This document shows, one piece after another, positions 1-13,065 of a stretch of 64,000 nucleotides of DNA; position 1 is the stretch's first letter, and each line of letters starts with the position of its first letter. The DNA comes from Escherichia coli (lineage in GTDB: Bacteria; Pseudomonadota; Gammaproteobacteria; Enterobacterales; Enterobacteriaceae): the NCBI RefSeq assembly GCF_030384885.1, contig NZ_CP128613.1. One strand, 5' to 3'. Below the pieces are notes generated by a model, which saw only the letters and a program-made list of their open reading frames with translations, was not told where the DNA came from and ran no database searches. The position numbers and the translations under genes were made by a program.

Positions 1-1246
1 CCCAAATCACATCGTTCCAGTCGCGTGCGTTGACGTCATCATCGCAAACGATCACAAATTTAGTGTACATAAACTGGCGTAAGAACGACCAGACGCCCAT
101 CATGACGCGCTTCGCGTGTCCGGCGTACTGTTTTTTGATTGTCACTACCGCCAGACGATATGAACAGCCTTCCGGCGGCAGGTAAAAATCGACAATTTCC
201 GGGAACTGTTTTTGCAGAATCGGCACGAACACTTCGTTCAACGCTACGCCCAGTACCGCGGGTTCATCTGGCGGACGCCCGGTATAGGTGGAATGGTAAA
301 TCGCATCTTCACGCTGGGTAATATGCGTCACGGTGAATACCGGGAAACTATCGACTTCGTTATAGTAACCGGTGTGGTCGCCATACGGCCCTTCCGGCGC
401 CGTTTCACCTTGTTCGATATACCCTTCCAGCACAATCTCCGCACTGGCGGGCACTTCAAGGTCATTGGAGATACACTTCACCACTTCGGTCTTGGTGCCG
501 CGCAGCAATCCGGCAAACGCATATTCTGAAAGTGTATCCGGAACGGGCGTTACCGCACCGAGAATCGTTGCGGGATCAGCACCCAGCGCCACAGAAACCG
601 GGAAACGTTCGCCCGGATGTGCCGCGCACCACTCCTGATAATCTAGCGCGCCGCCGCGATGCGACAGCCAACGCATAATCAGTTTGTTTTTACCAATCAG
701 CTGCTGGCGATAAATACCCAGATTCTGCCGTTCTTTATTCGGGCCGCGCGTCACTGTCAGCCCCCAGGTAATCAGCGGCGCGGCATCTTCCGGCCAGCAG
801 GTCATAATGGGAATGCGATTGAGATCGACGTCATCGCCAGAGACGATTTTTTGTTGGCAGGGCGCACCACGCAGTCGCTTTGTCGGCATGTTCAATACTT
901 GTTTAAACTGCGGCAGTTTATCAAACAGGTCGCGGAAACCTTTTGGCGGCTCCGGCTCTTTCAGAAAAGCCAATAATTTACCCACTTCACGCAGCGCCGA
1001 AACATCTTCCTGCCCCATGCCCATCGCCACGCGCTTCGGCGTACCGAACAGGTTGCAAAGCACCGGCATTGAGTACCCTTTAGGGTTTTCGAATAACAGC
1101 GCAGGCCCACCTGCACGCAAAGTGCGGTCAGCAATTTCAGTGATTTCCAGATGCGGATCCACCGGGAGAGTGATACGTTTTAGCTCACCCTGCTGTTCAA
1201 GCAGCGTCAGGAAGTCGCGTAAATCGTTATATTTCATGGCATCCAT
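1..1246 (-). CDS. ubiD: 3-octaprenyl-4-hydroxybenzoate decarboxylase UbiD, partial (3' end runs off the window start)
   Basis: Reverse-strand translation from 1246 reads [16 protein letters not shown]..., matching the UbiD N-terminus; open frame continues to position 1; not in ORF track because no stop lies within the window. Confidence 0.88.
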   Translation of the reverse strand, partial: MDAMKYNDLRDFLTLLEQQGELKRITLPVDPHLEITEIADRTLRAGGPALLFENPKGYSMPVLCNLFGTPKRVAMGMGQEDVSALREVGKLLAFLKEPEPPKGFRDLFDKLPQFKQVLNMPTKRLRGAPCQQKIVSGDDVDLNRIPIMTCWPEDAAPLITWGLTVTRGPNKERQNLGIYRQQLIGKNKLIMRWLSHRGGALDYQEWCAAHPGERFPVSVALGADPATILGAVTPVPDTLSEYAFAGLLRGTKTEVVKCISNDLEVPASAEIVLEGYIEQGETAPEGPYGDHTGYYNEVDSFPVFTVTHITQREDAIYHSTYTGRPPDEPAVLGVALNEVFVPILQKQFPEIVDFYLPPEGCSYRLAVVTIKKQYAGHAKRVMMGVWSFLRQFMYTKFVIVCDDDVNARDWNDVIW

Positions 1247-1367
1247 TGTAGCCTCTTAATCTGCGCCCATTATACGGCGTTCATCTTTGCGATGCTGTAA
1301 ATTTGTTAAATTAGCGTGAACTCTGACGGTATAACGCAAACCGGGGAATATAATTAACTTAGCGTAA

Positions 1368-2680
<1,313 letters not shown>

Positions 2681-2721
2681 CCTGTACTCCATATGACAAC
2701 CGCCCTGACGGGCGGTTGAAT

Positions 2722-3498
2722 TTATTCTTCAGTTTTTTCGCTTTCTGCTTCAGCGTCGTTTTCCTCTTCCCGGTTTCGACCCTTACCAACGTAAAAGCGT
2801 GAGAAGAAGACACCAATTTCAAACAAGCAGTACATCGGGATCGCCAGCAGCGTTTGCGAGAAGACATCCGGCGGCGTCAGCAACATCCCGACGACGAATG
2901 CGCCAACCAGCACATACGGACGTTTTTTGCGTAAGTCTTCTGGCGAGGTAATCCCCATCCAGCACAGCAACACAATTGCCACCGGCACTTCAAAGGAGAC
3001 ACCAAACGCCATAAACAACGCCATAACGAAGCTTAAATAGCTGGCGATGTCGGTGGATACCTGTACCCCTTCCGGCGCGGTATTGGCAAGGAAGCCAAAT
3101 GCCAGAGGAAAGACCACAAAGTAGGCGAACGCCATGCCGATATAAAACAACAGAGAGCTGGAAACCAGCAGCGGCACCACCAGGCGACGTTCATGCTTAT
3201 ACAGCGCTGGGGCGATAAACGCCCACACCTGATAGAGAATCACCGGCGCTGACAGAATCAGCGACACCATAAAGGTCAGCTTGATCGGCGTAAAGAACGG
3301 TGAGGCCACGTCGGTGGCGATCATCGTTGAACCTTGCGGCAACTGCTTGATCAATGGCGCGGATACCAGGTGATAGATGTCATTGGCGAAATAGACCAGA
3401 CACAGGAATATCACGATCACCGCGATAATGCAGTTCAGCAGACGCTTACGCAGCTCAATCAGGTGCGTGATAAGCGGTTGAGTATCTTCTACAGACAT
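2722..3498 (-). CDS. tatC: Twin-arginine translocase subunit TatC
   Basis: 258 aa multi-pass membrane protein [21 protein letters not shown]... Confidence 0.95.
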
Positions 3499-3500
3499 GT

Positions 3501-4016
3501 TTACGGTTTATCACTCGACGAAGGGGAAGGTGCAGCGGTTTTCGGTTCAGCGTCCGCAGCTGGTTTTACCGCCGGCTCTGGCGTGGTTTCTGGCTTCTGT
3601 TGCGGCGAACTGGCCTGCGTTTGTGCAGCGGCAGGCGTTACGCCTTCATGCGCAGCTTCATTATCTTTCACCACCGGGTTATGGATGGTGTGCGCTTCAT
3701 CGCTCGCCTTTTCAGGATCGTTTGCAACGTAGGAACGCTTCATCGACTCCGCGGCCTGGCGTAGTTCATCCATCGACGCTTTCAGTTCGGGCGTCAGGTT
3801 AGTGAGGCTCGCCTTTTCAACCTTTTTCAGGCTGTCCTGAAACTCCTGGAGTTTTAACTCCTGGGTCAGTTCGTTCTGCACCGTTGTCGCCAGTGAACGC
3901 AACGCGCGAATCCAGCCAGCTACCGTTTTTACCGCCACAGGCAGTCGTTGCGGCCCCAGAACGACGAGGCCGATGATGAACACCAATAGCAGTTCGCTAA
4001 AACCGATATCAAACAC
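3501..4016 (-). CDS. tatB: Twin-arginine translocase subunit TatB
   Basis: 171 aa [26 protein letters not shown]... Confidence 0.95.
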
Positions 4017-4019
4017 GGA

Positions 4020-4289
4020 TTACACCTGCTCTTTATCGTGGCGCTTCGCGTCTTCTGTTTTAGCCTGTTCCTGATTCGTATCCGCCTGCTTATCGGCGAT
4101 AGTTTTCGCAGTAAAATCAGCATCCTGACTGGTTTTATCCTGCTTTGGTTCATCATCGCTCATTGCTTTTTTAAAGCCTTTGATCGACGCACCAAGATCG
4201 GAACCGATGGAGCCGAGCTTTTTGGTGCCAAAAAGCAGTACAACGATGACGGCAATAATCAATAACTGCCAAATACTGATACCACCCAT
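4020..4289 (-). CDS. tatA: Twin-arginine translocase subunit TatA
   Basis: ORF 4020..4331; start trimmed to Met15 ([27 protein letters not shown]...), giving the 89 aa TatA. Confidence 0.9.
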   Translation of the reverse strand: MGGISIWQLLIIAVIVVLLFGTKKLGSIGSDLGASIKGFKKAMSDDEPKQDKTSQDADFTAKTIADKQADTNQEQAKTEDAKRHDKEQV

Positions 4290-4367
4290 ACATGTTCCTC
4301 TGTGGTAGATGATGATTAAACAAGGCCGCATTATACGTTACACGGCCCGCCTTGAGCGATGAAAAAA

Positions 4368-6610
<2,243 letters not shown>

Positions 6611-6623
6611 TTCCGGTCTCCTG

Positions 6624-7379
6624 TCAGAACTTATAACCACGATGCAGCGCCACAACCCCTGCCGTCAGGTTGTAATAGTCGACACTTTCGAATCCAGCAT
6701 CCTGCATCATAGCTTTCAGGGTGTCCTGATCGGGATGCATGCGGATAGATTCAGCAAGATAACGGTAGCTGTCAGCGTCGTTCGCGACCAGTGAGCCAAT
6801 ACGCGGCAGCACATGGAAGGAGTAAGCGTCATAGGCCTTACTTAACGGCTCGATAATCGGCTTCGAGAACTCAAGCACCAGCAGTCGGCCGCCAGGTTTC
6901 AGAACGCGATACATTGAACGCAGAGCTTTATCTTTGTCAGTGACGTTACGCAGACCAAACGAAATGGTGATGCAATCAAAGGTGTTATCCGGGAACGGCA
7001 GCGCCTCAGCGTTCGCCTGAACATACTCAACGTTGCCAATCACACCAATATTACGCAGCTTCTCGCGGCCCATTTTGAGCATGGATTCATTGATATCAGC
7101 AAGGACCACTTTGCCAGTTTCACCCACCAGGCGGGAGAATTTCGCTGTCAGGTCGCCAGTACCGCCTGCCAGATCCAGCACGGTCTGCCCGCGGCGTACG
7201 CCACTGCAATCAATCGTGAAGCGTTTCCACAAACGATGTATGCCAAAAGACATCAAATCATTCATGACATCGTATTTCGATGCCACGGAATGGAAAACGT
7301 GGGCGACCATATCCGCTTTTTGTTCCTTCGCGACGGTCTGAAAACCAAAGTGCGTCGTTTCTTGTGACTTATCCACCAT
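6624..7379 (-). CDS. ubiE: Ubiquinone/menaquinone C-methyltransferase UbiE
   Basis: 251 aa [41 protein letters not shown]...; SAM-binding LDLAGGTGD motif. Confidence 0.95.
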
Positions 7380-7473
7380 CTCAATGCCTGCTCATCAAAA
7401 AATTGTTCCAGAAGTGTAACAGATTGGGCGTCGATGCCCTAGATTTCTACCCGGCTTAACTACCCCCAATGGG

Positions 7474-8901
7474 CTAGCGCGACTGCTGATTATATTCATC
7501 ATCGCGTTGATAAGCTTCATCATTCGGCTGCTCCGGTACCGACCGCAGTCGATACTCTTCATCCTGGCTCACCGCTTGTTCAGCCAAATCCGGATTAATC
7601 TCGCGTTTAATTTCTACTCCTAAACCGCGAAACGCTTCTGCCTGCGCCAGCACATTTCCGCGACCTGAAGAGAGTTTTTTCATTGCCTGGCGATAGTTGT
7701 CCTGTGCTTTGTCCAGACTTTGACCAATCGCGGACATATCATCGACAAACAAGCGCATTTTGTCGTACAACTTGCTGGCGCGATCGGCTATTTTCTGGGC
7801 GTTACGACTTTGATGCTCATAGCGCCAGAGGTTGGCGATAGTGCGCAGCGCCACCAGCAGCGTGGTCGGGCTAACCAGCATGATATTGTTTTTCAACGCT
7901 TCGGTGATCAGCTCCGGCTGGCGGTCAAGCGCCAGTAAAAAAGCGGGTTCAACGGGAATAAACATCAGCACGTAATCCAGGGTTCGCAGCCCCGGCAGCT
8001 GTTGATAATCTTTGCGTCCCAGCAAACGGATATGGTTACGCACCGACGCGATATGTTCCTGTAGCGCGCTTTCGCGGGTGTAGTCGTCTTCTGCGTTGAA
8101 ATAGCGTTCATAGGCGACCAGTGTCATTTTTGCGTCGATCACCACATCTTTGCCCTGCGGCAACCGCACGATGACATCCGGCTGCATCCGCGAGCGGGCG
8201 TCATTTTCGATGCTGACCTGGGTTTCATATTCATACCCTTCACGCAGACCGGAAGCCTCCAGCACACGCGTCAATACTACCTCGCCCCAGTTGCCCTGGG
8301 TTTTATTGTCGCCTTTCAGCGCACGCGTCAGGTTGATCGCTTCCTGGGCCATTTGCGCGTTGAGCTGCTGGAGATTGCGTATTTCGTGAGTCAGGGTATG
8401 GCGTTCTTGTGCTTCTTTACCGAAACTGTCCTGAACCTGACGACGAAAACCGTCCAGTTGTTCACGTAGTGGCGACAACAGGCTGTTCAGACTCTGACGG
8501 TTTTGCTCATCAACCCGGCGATTGCTGTGCTCGAAAATACGGTTGGCGAGGTTTTCAAACTGCTCACTGAGGCGCTGTTCGCTGTTGATCATTTGGCGAA
8601 TTTTATCGTCAGCATGTTGCTGTACGGCCTCCATTCGCGTGGTGACTTCACGCAGATCCGCCTCCAGCGAGGTGTTAATGCTTTGCAGACTGCGCACTTC
8701 ATTATTGAGTAACTCGCACTCAGCACGCCAATGTTCGCTTTGGGTAATTTGTTGTTTTGCCGCACTTAACTCCGCGATCATCTCTTCACGTTCAGCGAAT
8801 TGCTCGGCTTTTTGCTGCGCATGCTGATAACTGGCAATCAGCCAGCCAATCGCCACGCTCACCAACGCAATAACTGCGTAAACCATGATTGAGATATCCA
8901 C
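7474..8901 (-). CDS. rmuC: DNA recombination protein RmuC
   Basis: ORF 7474..8994; product trimmed to a GTG start (VDISIMVYAVIALV...) giving the 475 aa RmuC length; coiled-coil-rich N-terminus. Confidence 0.85.
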   Translation of the reverse strand: MDISIMVYAVIALVSVAIGWLIASYQHAQQKAEQFAEREEMIAELSAAKQQITQSEHWRAECELLNNEVRSLQSINTSLEADLREVTTRMEAVQQHADDKIRQMINSEQRLSEQFENLANRIFEHSNRRVDEQNRQSLNSLLSPLREQLDGFRRQVQDSFGKEAQERHTLTHEIRNLQQLNAQMAQEAINLTRALKGDNKTQGNWGEVVLTRVLEASGLREGYEYETQVSIENDARSRMQPDVIVRLPQGKDVVIDAKMTLVAYERYFNAEDDYTRESALQEHIASVRNHIRLLGRKDYQQLPGLRTLDYVLMFIPVEPAFLLALDRQPELITEALKNNIMLVSPTTLLVALRTIANLWRYEHQSRNAQKIADRASKLYDKMRLFVDDMSAIGQSLDKAQDNYRQAMKKLSSGRGNVLAQAEAFRGLGVEIKREINPDLAEQAVSQDEEYRLRSVPEQPNDEAYQRDDEYNQQSR

Positions 8902-9018
8902 AACGCCTCCAGCCTCATTACTTACCCGCACAAAATAGAATTGTGCTGTACAAACGTCCAGTTTGAAAGAAGTTTCCTGCGAGGCGCTACGCAAAACGAT
9001 CCTTAATTTTTATTATTT

Positions 9019-9056
9019 TATCCCACAATATGAGACGTAGTTTATATTGTGGGATA
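9019..9056. promoter_or_regulatory. 13-bp inverted repeat (TATCCCACAATAT / ATATTGTGGGATA) in the rmuC / IclR-gene divergent intergenic region; candidate operator
   Basis: Inverted repeat read directly from the sequence, about 60 bp upstream of the IclR-family gene start. Confidence 0.4.
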
Positions 9057-9113
9057 TATCACCTTTTCCCCACGTCATTATGTGGAACACTTCAGCAATA
9101 TCATCAGGAGAAA

Positions 9114-9884
9114 CGTATGGCAGATACCTCTTCAACCACCGCTGGCGCACAAACGTTATTACGCGGGCTGGCGGTTCTTAATGCTGTTTATAACGGCTGC
9201 CATGACCTGAAAAGTATCGGCGAGTTCACCGGCACGACCCGGAGCACAACCCATCGTTTAGTCACCGTTCTGGTGGAACAACGCTACCTGCGCCACGTCC
9301 CAACGCAGGGCTACCAACTGGGCGCCAAACTGATCGAATTCGGTGCCAGAGCGCTGGAAAGCACCTCGCTGTACGAAATTGCGCTGCCCGTTTTGCAGCG
9401 TCTGGCCCGTTACACCCTGGACACCGTGCATCTGGGGATCGTTGAAGGCGACGAAGTGCTGTATCTGGAGAAGATCAACAGTCAGCGTGGGCTGGAAATG
9501 CGCTCACGCCCAGGCCATCGCATGCCACTGGCAATCACCGGCATCGGCAAGGCATTGATCCTCAACCGAACAGAAGAAGAGTGGCGCACGCTGTTTAAGA
9601 CCTGTGGTGATGAAACAAAACTGGGCACATTTATTCAGAACATGCGTCGTTATGCCGCCAGTGGTTTTGCTTTTGATCTGGAAGAGAACGAGCCGACTAT
9701 CCGTTGCGTTGCAGCGCCGGTTTACAACGCCCGGGATGAAATTGTGGCGGCTATTTCTGTCGCCAGTACCACTACGTATATGTCACTGGCGCGTCTGGAA
9801 GAACTGGCACCTTACGTCAAATCCTGTGCAGAAGAGATATCCGCTGAACTGGGCTGGGGTAAGCACGTCCGCAAAAATAAATAA
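9114..9884 (+). CDS. IclR/KdgR-family transcriptional regulator
   Basis: ORF 9030..9884; start trimmed to MADTSSTTAGAQTLLRGLAVLNAV (RBS AGGAG upstream); N-terminal HTH plus IclR-type effector domain (about 256 aa). Confidence 0.8.
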   Translation, partial: RMADTSSTTAGAQTLLRGLAVLNAVYNGCHDLKSIGEFTGTTRSTTHRLVTVLVEQRYLRHVPTQGYQLGAKLIEFGARALESTSLYEIALPVLQRLARYTLDTVHLGIVEGDEVLYLEKINSQRGLEMRSRPGHRMPLAITGIGKALILNRTEEEWRTLFKTCGDETKLGTFIQNMRRYAASGFAFDLEENEPTIRCVAAPVYNARDEIVAAISVASTTTYMSLARLEELAPYVKSCAEEISAELGWGKHVRKNK

Positions 9885-9907
9885 ACCATGACTAAAGGAA
9901 ACGGCTA

Positions 9908-10912
9908 ATGTCGGGAAACACCTCATTTATTGCCCTGGACTGGGGAACGTCATCGCTTCGGGCATGGCGTTTTGGCGACTCACCAAATCCACAAGAAAAA
10001 CGTGAATTCCCGTGGGGGATCATGAAATTACCCTCCCAGGCAGCAACACGTGAGGACGCTTTCCACGATACGTTTTTACGTGTCTGCGGCGACTGGCTGG
10101 CACAATCCCCATGCCCGATTCTGGCTTGCGGCATGATCGGCAGTGCGCAAGGGTGGCAACCCGCAGCTTATTTACCTTGCCCGGTCACTCTCGAGGGTCT
10201 GGCAAAGCAGTTGACGCCTGTTATCTACCAGCAGCAGACAATGCTGCACATCATTCCCGGCGTGATTAAAGAAGGTGAAATGCCCGAAGTGATGCGTGGC
10301 GAAGAGACACAAATCTTCGGTGCTATCTCGATGGAACCGGCCCTGCAAAACGCGCTCCGCCAGGGTATGCCTGTGCTGATTGGCTTACCTGGCACACATG
10401 CGAAATGGGCGGTAGTTGAAAACAACACCATTACCGATTTTCGAACCTTTATGACAGGCGAGTTATTTGATGTTTTATCCCGCCATTCGATTCTCGGTGC
10501 CACCATGCGTTCGGGAGATGAACCGCACTGGGATGCCTTCGCCCACGGGCTGACAGCGGCACAAGAGCATCATCAGACCGGATTATTATCGACGCTGTTT
10601 TCGACCCGTTCGCGCCTGCTGACCAGTAATCTTACGCCGTCCTCACAGGGGGATTACCTTTCAGGATTACTGATAGGCCATGAATTATGCGGTCTGGCAT
10701 CCAGTTTGCTACGTGATTTACCCGCCACAACACCGATCGCCTTAATCGGTAGCGCCACTCTGAACAGCCGCTATTCACAAGCATTCAGCCACGTTTTTCC
10801 CGACAGACAGCTACACGCCATTCCTAATGCCACTGAACAGGGGTTATGGCGAATCGCCCACGCTGCCGGGCTACTCTCCACCAACGCCAGGGAATGTACT
10901 CATGCCATTTAA
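9908..10912 (+). CDS. 2-dehydro-3-deoxygalactonokinase (DgoK)-family sugar-acid kinase
   Basis: 334 aa; motifs ALDWGTSSLRAW, MRGEETQIFGA, GTHAKW...ITDFRTFMTGELF align with DgoK hallmark motifs. Confidence 0.8.
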   Translation: MSGNTSFIALDWGTSSLRAWRFGDSPNPQEKREFPWGIMKLPSQAATREDAFHDTFLRVCGDWLAQSPCPILACGMIGSAQGWQPAAYLPCPVTLEGLAKQLTPVIYQQQTMLHIIPGVIKEGEMPEVMRGEETQIFGAISMEPALQNALRQGMPVLIGLPGTHAKWAVVENNTITDFRTFMTGELFDVLSRHSILGATMRSGDEPHWDAFAHGLTAAQEHHQTGLLSTLFSTRSRLLTSNLTPSSQGDYLSGLLIGHELCGLASSLLRDLPATTPIALIGSATLNSRYSQAFSHVFPDRQLHAIPNATEQGLWRIAHAAGLLSTNARECTHAI

Positions 10913-11531
10913 TACGCTTTTGCAAAAAACCGGGTTAGTCGCCATTTTACGCGGCGTGAAACCGGATGAGATTGTCGCCATCGGTGAAAAGCTGTATGCC
11001 GCTGGATTTCGCCTGATTGAGATTCCCATGAACTCGCCGGAGCCGTTGCAAAGTATCAGTTTACTGCGCGACGCCCTGCCTAAGGACTGCCTGGTCGGAG
11101 CCGGAACGGTGCTTTCGGTGGAGCAAGTCGTCGCGGTTAAAGAGGCTGGAGGCCAGATTATCGTAATGCCGCATTGCGATACTGCGGTGATCCGTCGTGC
11201 CCGTGCGCTGGGTATGTATTGTGCGCCTGGCGTCGCTACGCCCACCGAAGCTTTTGCTGCCATTGAACATGGCGCCAATGCCATCAAGCTGTTCCCGGCT
11301 GAACAAATTACGCCTGAAGTCACCAAAGCCTGGCGTGCGGTTATTCCACAATCCGTTCCGATGTTACCGGTTGGCGGTATCACTCCAGACACAATGGCGC
11401 GTTATCTGAGCCACGGCGCAAACGGCTTTGGCCTCGGTTCTGCGCTATATCGCCCCGGCATGACGCCAGAGCAAGTCTATGAAAATGCAGTACTGTTTAT
11501 GAACGCATGGAACAATTTAAATAGCAAATAA
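10902..11531 (+). CDS. KDPGal/KDPG aldolase (DgoA/Eda-family)
   Basis: ORF 10827..11531; start trimmed to MPFNTLLQKTGLVAILRGV at 10902, overlapping the kinase stop (translational coupling); strong resemblance to DgoA. Confidence 0.8.
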   Translation: MPFNTLLQKTGLVAILRGVKPDEIVAIGEKLYAAGFRLIEIPMNSPEPLQSISLLRDALPKDCLVGAGTVLSVEQVVAVKEAGGQIIVMPHCDTAVIRRARALGMYCAPGVATPTEAFAAIEHGANAIKLFPAEQITPEVTKAWRAVIPQSVPMLPVGGITPDTMARYLSHGANGFGLGSALYRPGMTPEQVYENAVLFMNAWNNLNSK

Positions 11532-11555
11532 CTGATAAATAAGGATATAAAAGCA

Positions 11556-12530
11556 ATGATAAAACATCTTACCTTACCGAAAAAAATGGCTGCAATGGTA
11601 CTTCTTGCCGGCGCTGCCCTCAGCACTGCGCCTGTGCAGGCGGCCTCCTGGCCAACCAAACAGATCGAGTTAGTCGTACCCTACGCGGCCGGAGGCGGTA
11701 CGGATCTGGTTGCCCGTGCCTTTGCTGATGCCGCCAAAAACCATTTGCCCGTCAGCATCGGGGTTATCAATAAACCTGGCGGTGGCGGCGCTATCGGCCT
11801 GAGTGAAATCGCCGCTGCCCGCCCTAACGGTTACAAAATGGGTTTAGGCACGGTTGAACTGACCACCCTTCCCAGTCTCGGAATGGTGCGTTTTAAAACC
11901 AGCGACTTTAAACCCATTGCCCGTCTGAATGCGGATCCTGCGGCTATCACCGTCCGTGCCGATGCACCGTGGAATAGCTATGAAGAATTTATGACTTACG
12001 CCAAAGCGAATCCCGGAAAAGTACGCATTGGTAACTCAGGCACCGGAGCAATCTGGCATCTGGCGGCAGCTGCACTGGAAGACAAAACGGGCGTGAAGTT
12101 TTCTCATGTCCCATATGACGGCGCAGCCCCTGCCATTACAGGCCTGTTAGGCGGGCATATTGAAGCGGTTTCCGTAAGCCCAGGTGAAGTTATCAATCAT
12201 GTGAAAGGCGGCAAGCTGAAGACACTGGTAGTGATGGCGGATGAACGTATGAAAACCATGCCTGACGTCCCGACGTTAAAAGAGAAAGGCGTTGATCTCT
12301 CCATCGGCACCTGGCGCGGCCTGATTGTGTCGCAAAAAACGCCGCAGGATGTGGTTGATGTTCTGGCTAAGGCCGCAAAAGAGACGGCTGAAGAGCCTGC
12401 ATTCCAGGATGCTCTGCAAAAGTTGAATCTCAACTATGCATGGCTTGATGGTGCCAGCTTCCAGACCCAAATCAACGAACAGGAAAAGTACTTTGACGAG
12501 TTACTAACTCGGCTGGGCTTGAAAAAATAA
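11556..12530 (+). CDS. tctC: Tripartite tricarboxylate transporter substrate-binding protein (TctC/Bug family), periplasmic
   Basis: 324 aa with N-terminal signal peptide MIKHLTLPKKMAAMVLLAGAALSTAPVQA; TctC-like fold motifs. Confidence 0.8.
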   Translation: MIKHLTLPKKMAAMVLLAGAALSTAPVQAASWPTKQIELVVPYAAGGGTDLVARAFADAAKNHLPVSIGVINKPGGGGAIGLSEIAAARPNGYKMGLGTVELTTLPSLGMVRFKTSDFKPIARLNADPAAITVRADAPWNSYEEFMTYAKANPGKVRIGNSGTGAIWHLAAAALEDKTGVKFSHVPYDGAAPAITGLLGGHIEAVSVSPGEVINHVKGGKLKTLVVMADERMKTMPDVPTLKEKGVDLSIGTWRGLIVSQKTPQDVVDVLAKAAKETAEEPAFQDALQKLNLNYAWLDGASFQTQINEQEKYFDELLTRLGLKK

Positions 12531-12546
12531 TCCCGAGGTACGGTCG

Positions 12547-13053
12547 ATGAACACAAAACAGTCTGTTGCTCAACTCGCCGTACCGCACCGCAAGCGCTTT
12601 TCATCCACTGTGGTGGTGGCGCTGTTACTTTGTGTGGTTGCTGGCGCGGTGATAATTAATGCCGCTGATTTTCCAGCAACTGCCATTGAAACGGATCCCG
12701 GTGCAAGTGCCTTCCCTACTTTCTATGCCTGCGCTCTGATTGTGCTCGCTGTCTTACTGGTGATACGCGATCTTTTGCTGGCAAAACCAGTCCCTTGCGC
12801 CAACGCACAGGAAAAACCGGCATTCAGGAAAACGGCAACGGGAATTGCGGCAACCGCGTTTTATATTGTGGCGATGAGCTACTGCGGTTATCTCATTACT
12901 ACTCCTGTTTTCCTCATCGTCATTATGACGTTGATGGGCTACAGGCGATGGGTACTCACACCGGGTATTGCGCTGCTGTTAACGGCAATCCTCTGGTTGC
13001 TGTTTGTCGAAGCGTTACAGGTGCCATTGCCTGTCGGCACATTTTTCGAATAA
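12547..13053 (+). CDS. tctB: Tripartite tricarboxylate transporter small membrane subunit (TctB family)
   Basis: 168 aa, four hydrophobic segments; position between tctC and tctA. Confidence 0.7.
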   Translation: MNTKQSVAQLAVPHRKRFSSTVVVALLLCVVAGAVIINAADFPATAIETDPGASAFPTFYACALIVLAVLLVIRDLLLAKPVPCANAQEKPAFRKTATGIAATAFYIVAMSYCGYLITTPVFLIVIMTLMGYRRWVLTPGIALLLTAILWLLFVEALQVPLPVGTFFE

Positions 13054-13065
13054 CAGGGGCCTGCA

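Noticed and set aside
9030-9113. Longer 284-aa version of the IclR-family ORF starting at 9030
   Set aside because: The upstream Met has no RBS and would overlap the palindromic candidate operator; the Met at 9114 has an AGGAG RBS and gives a typical IclR length.
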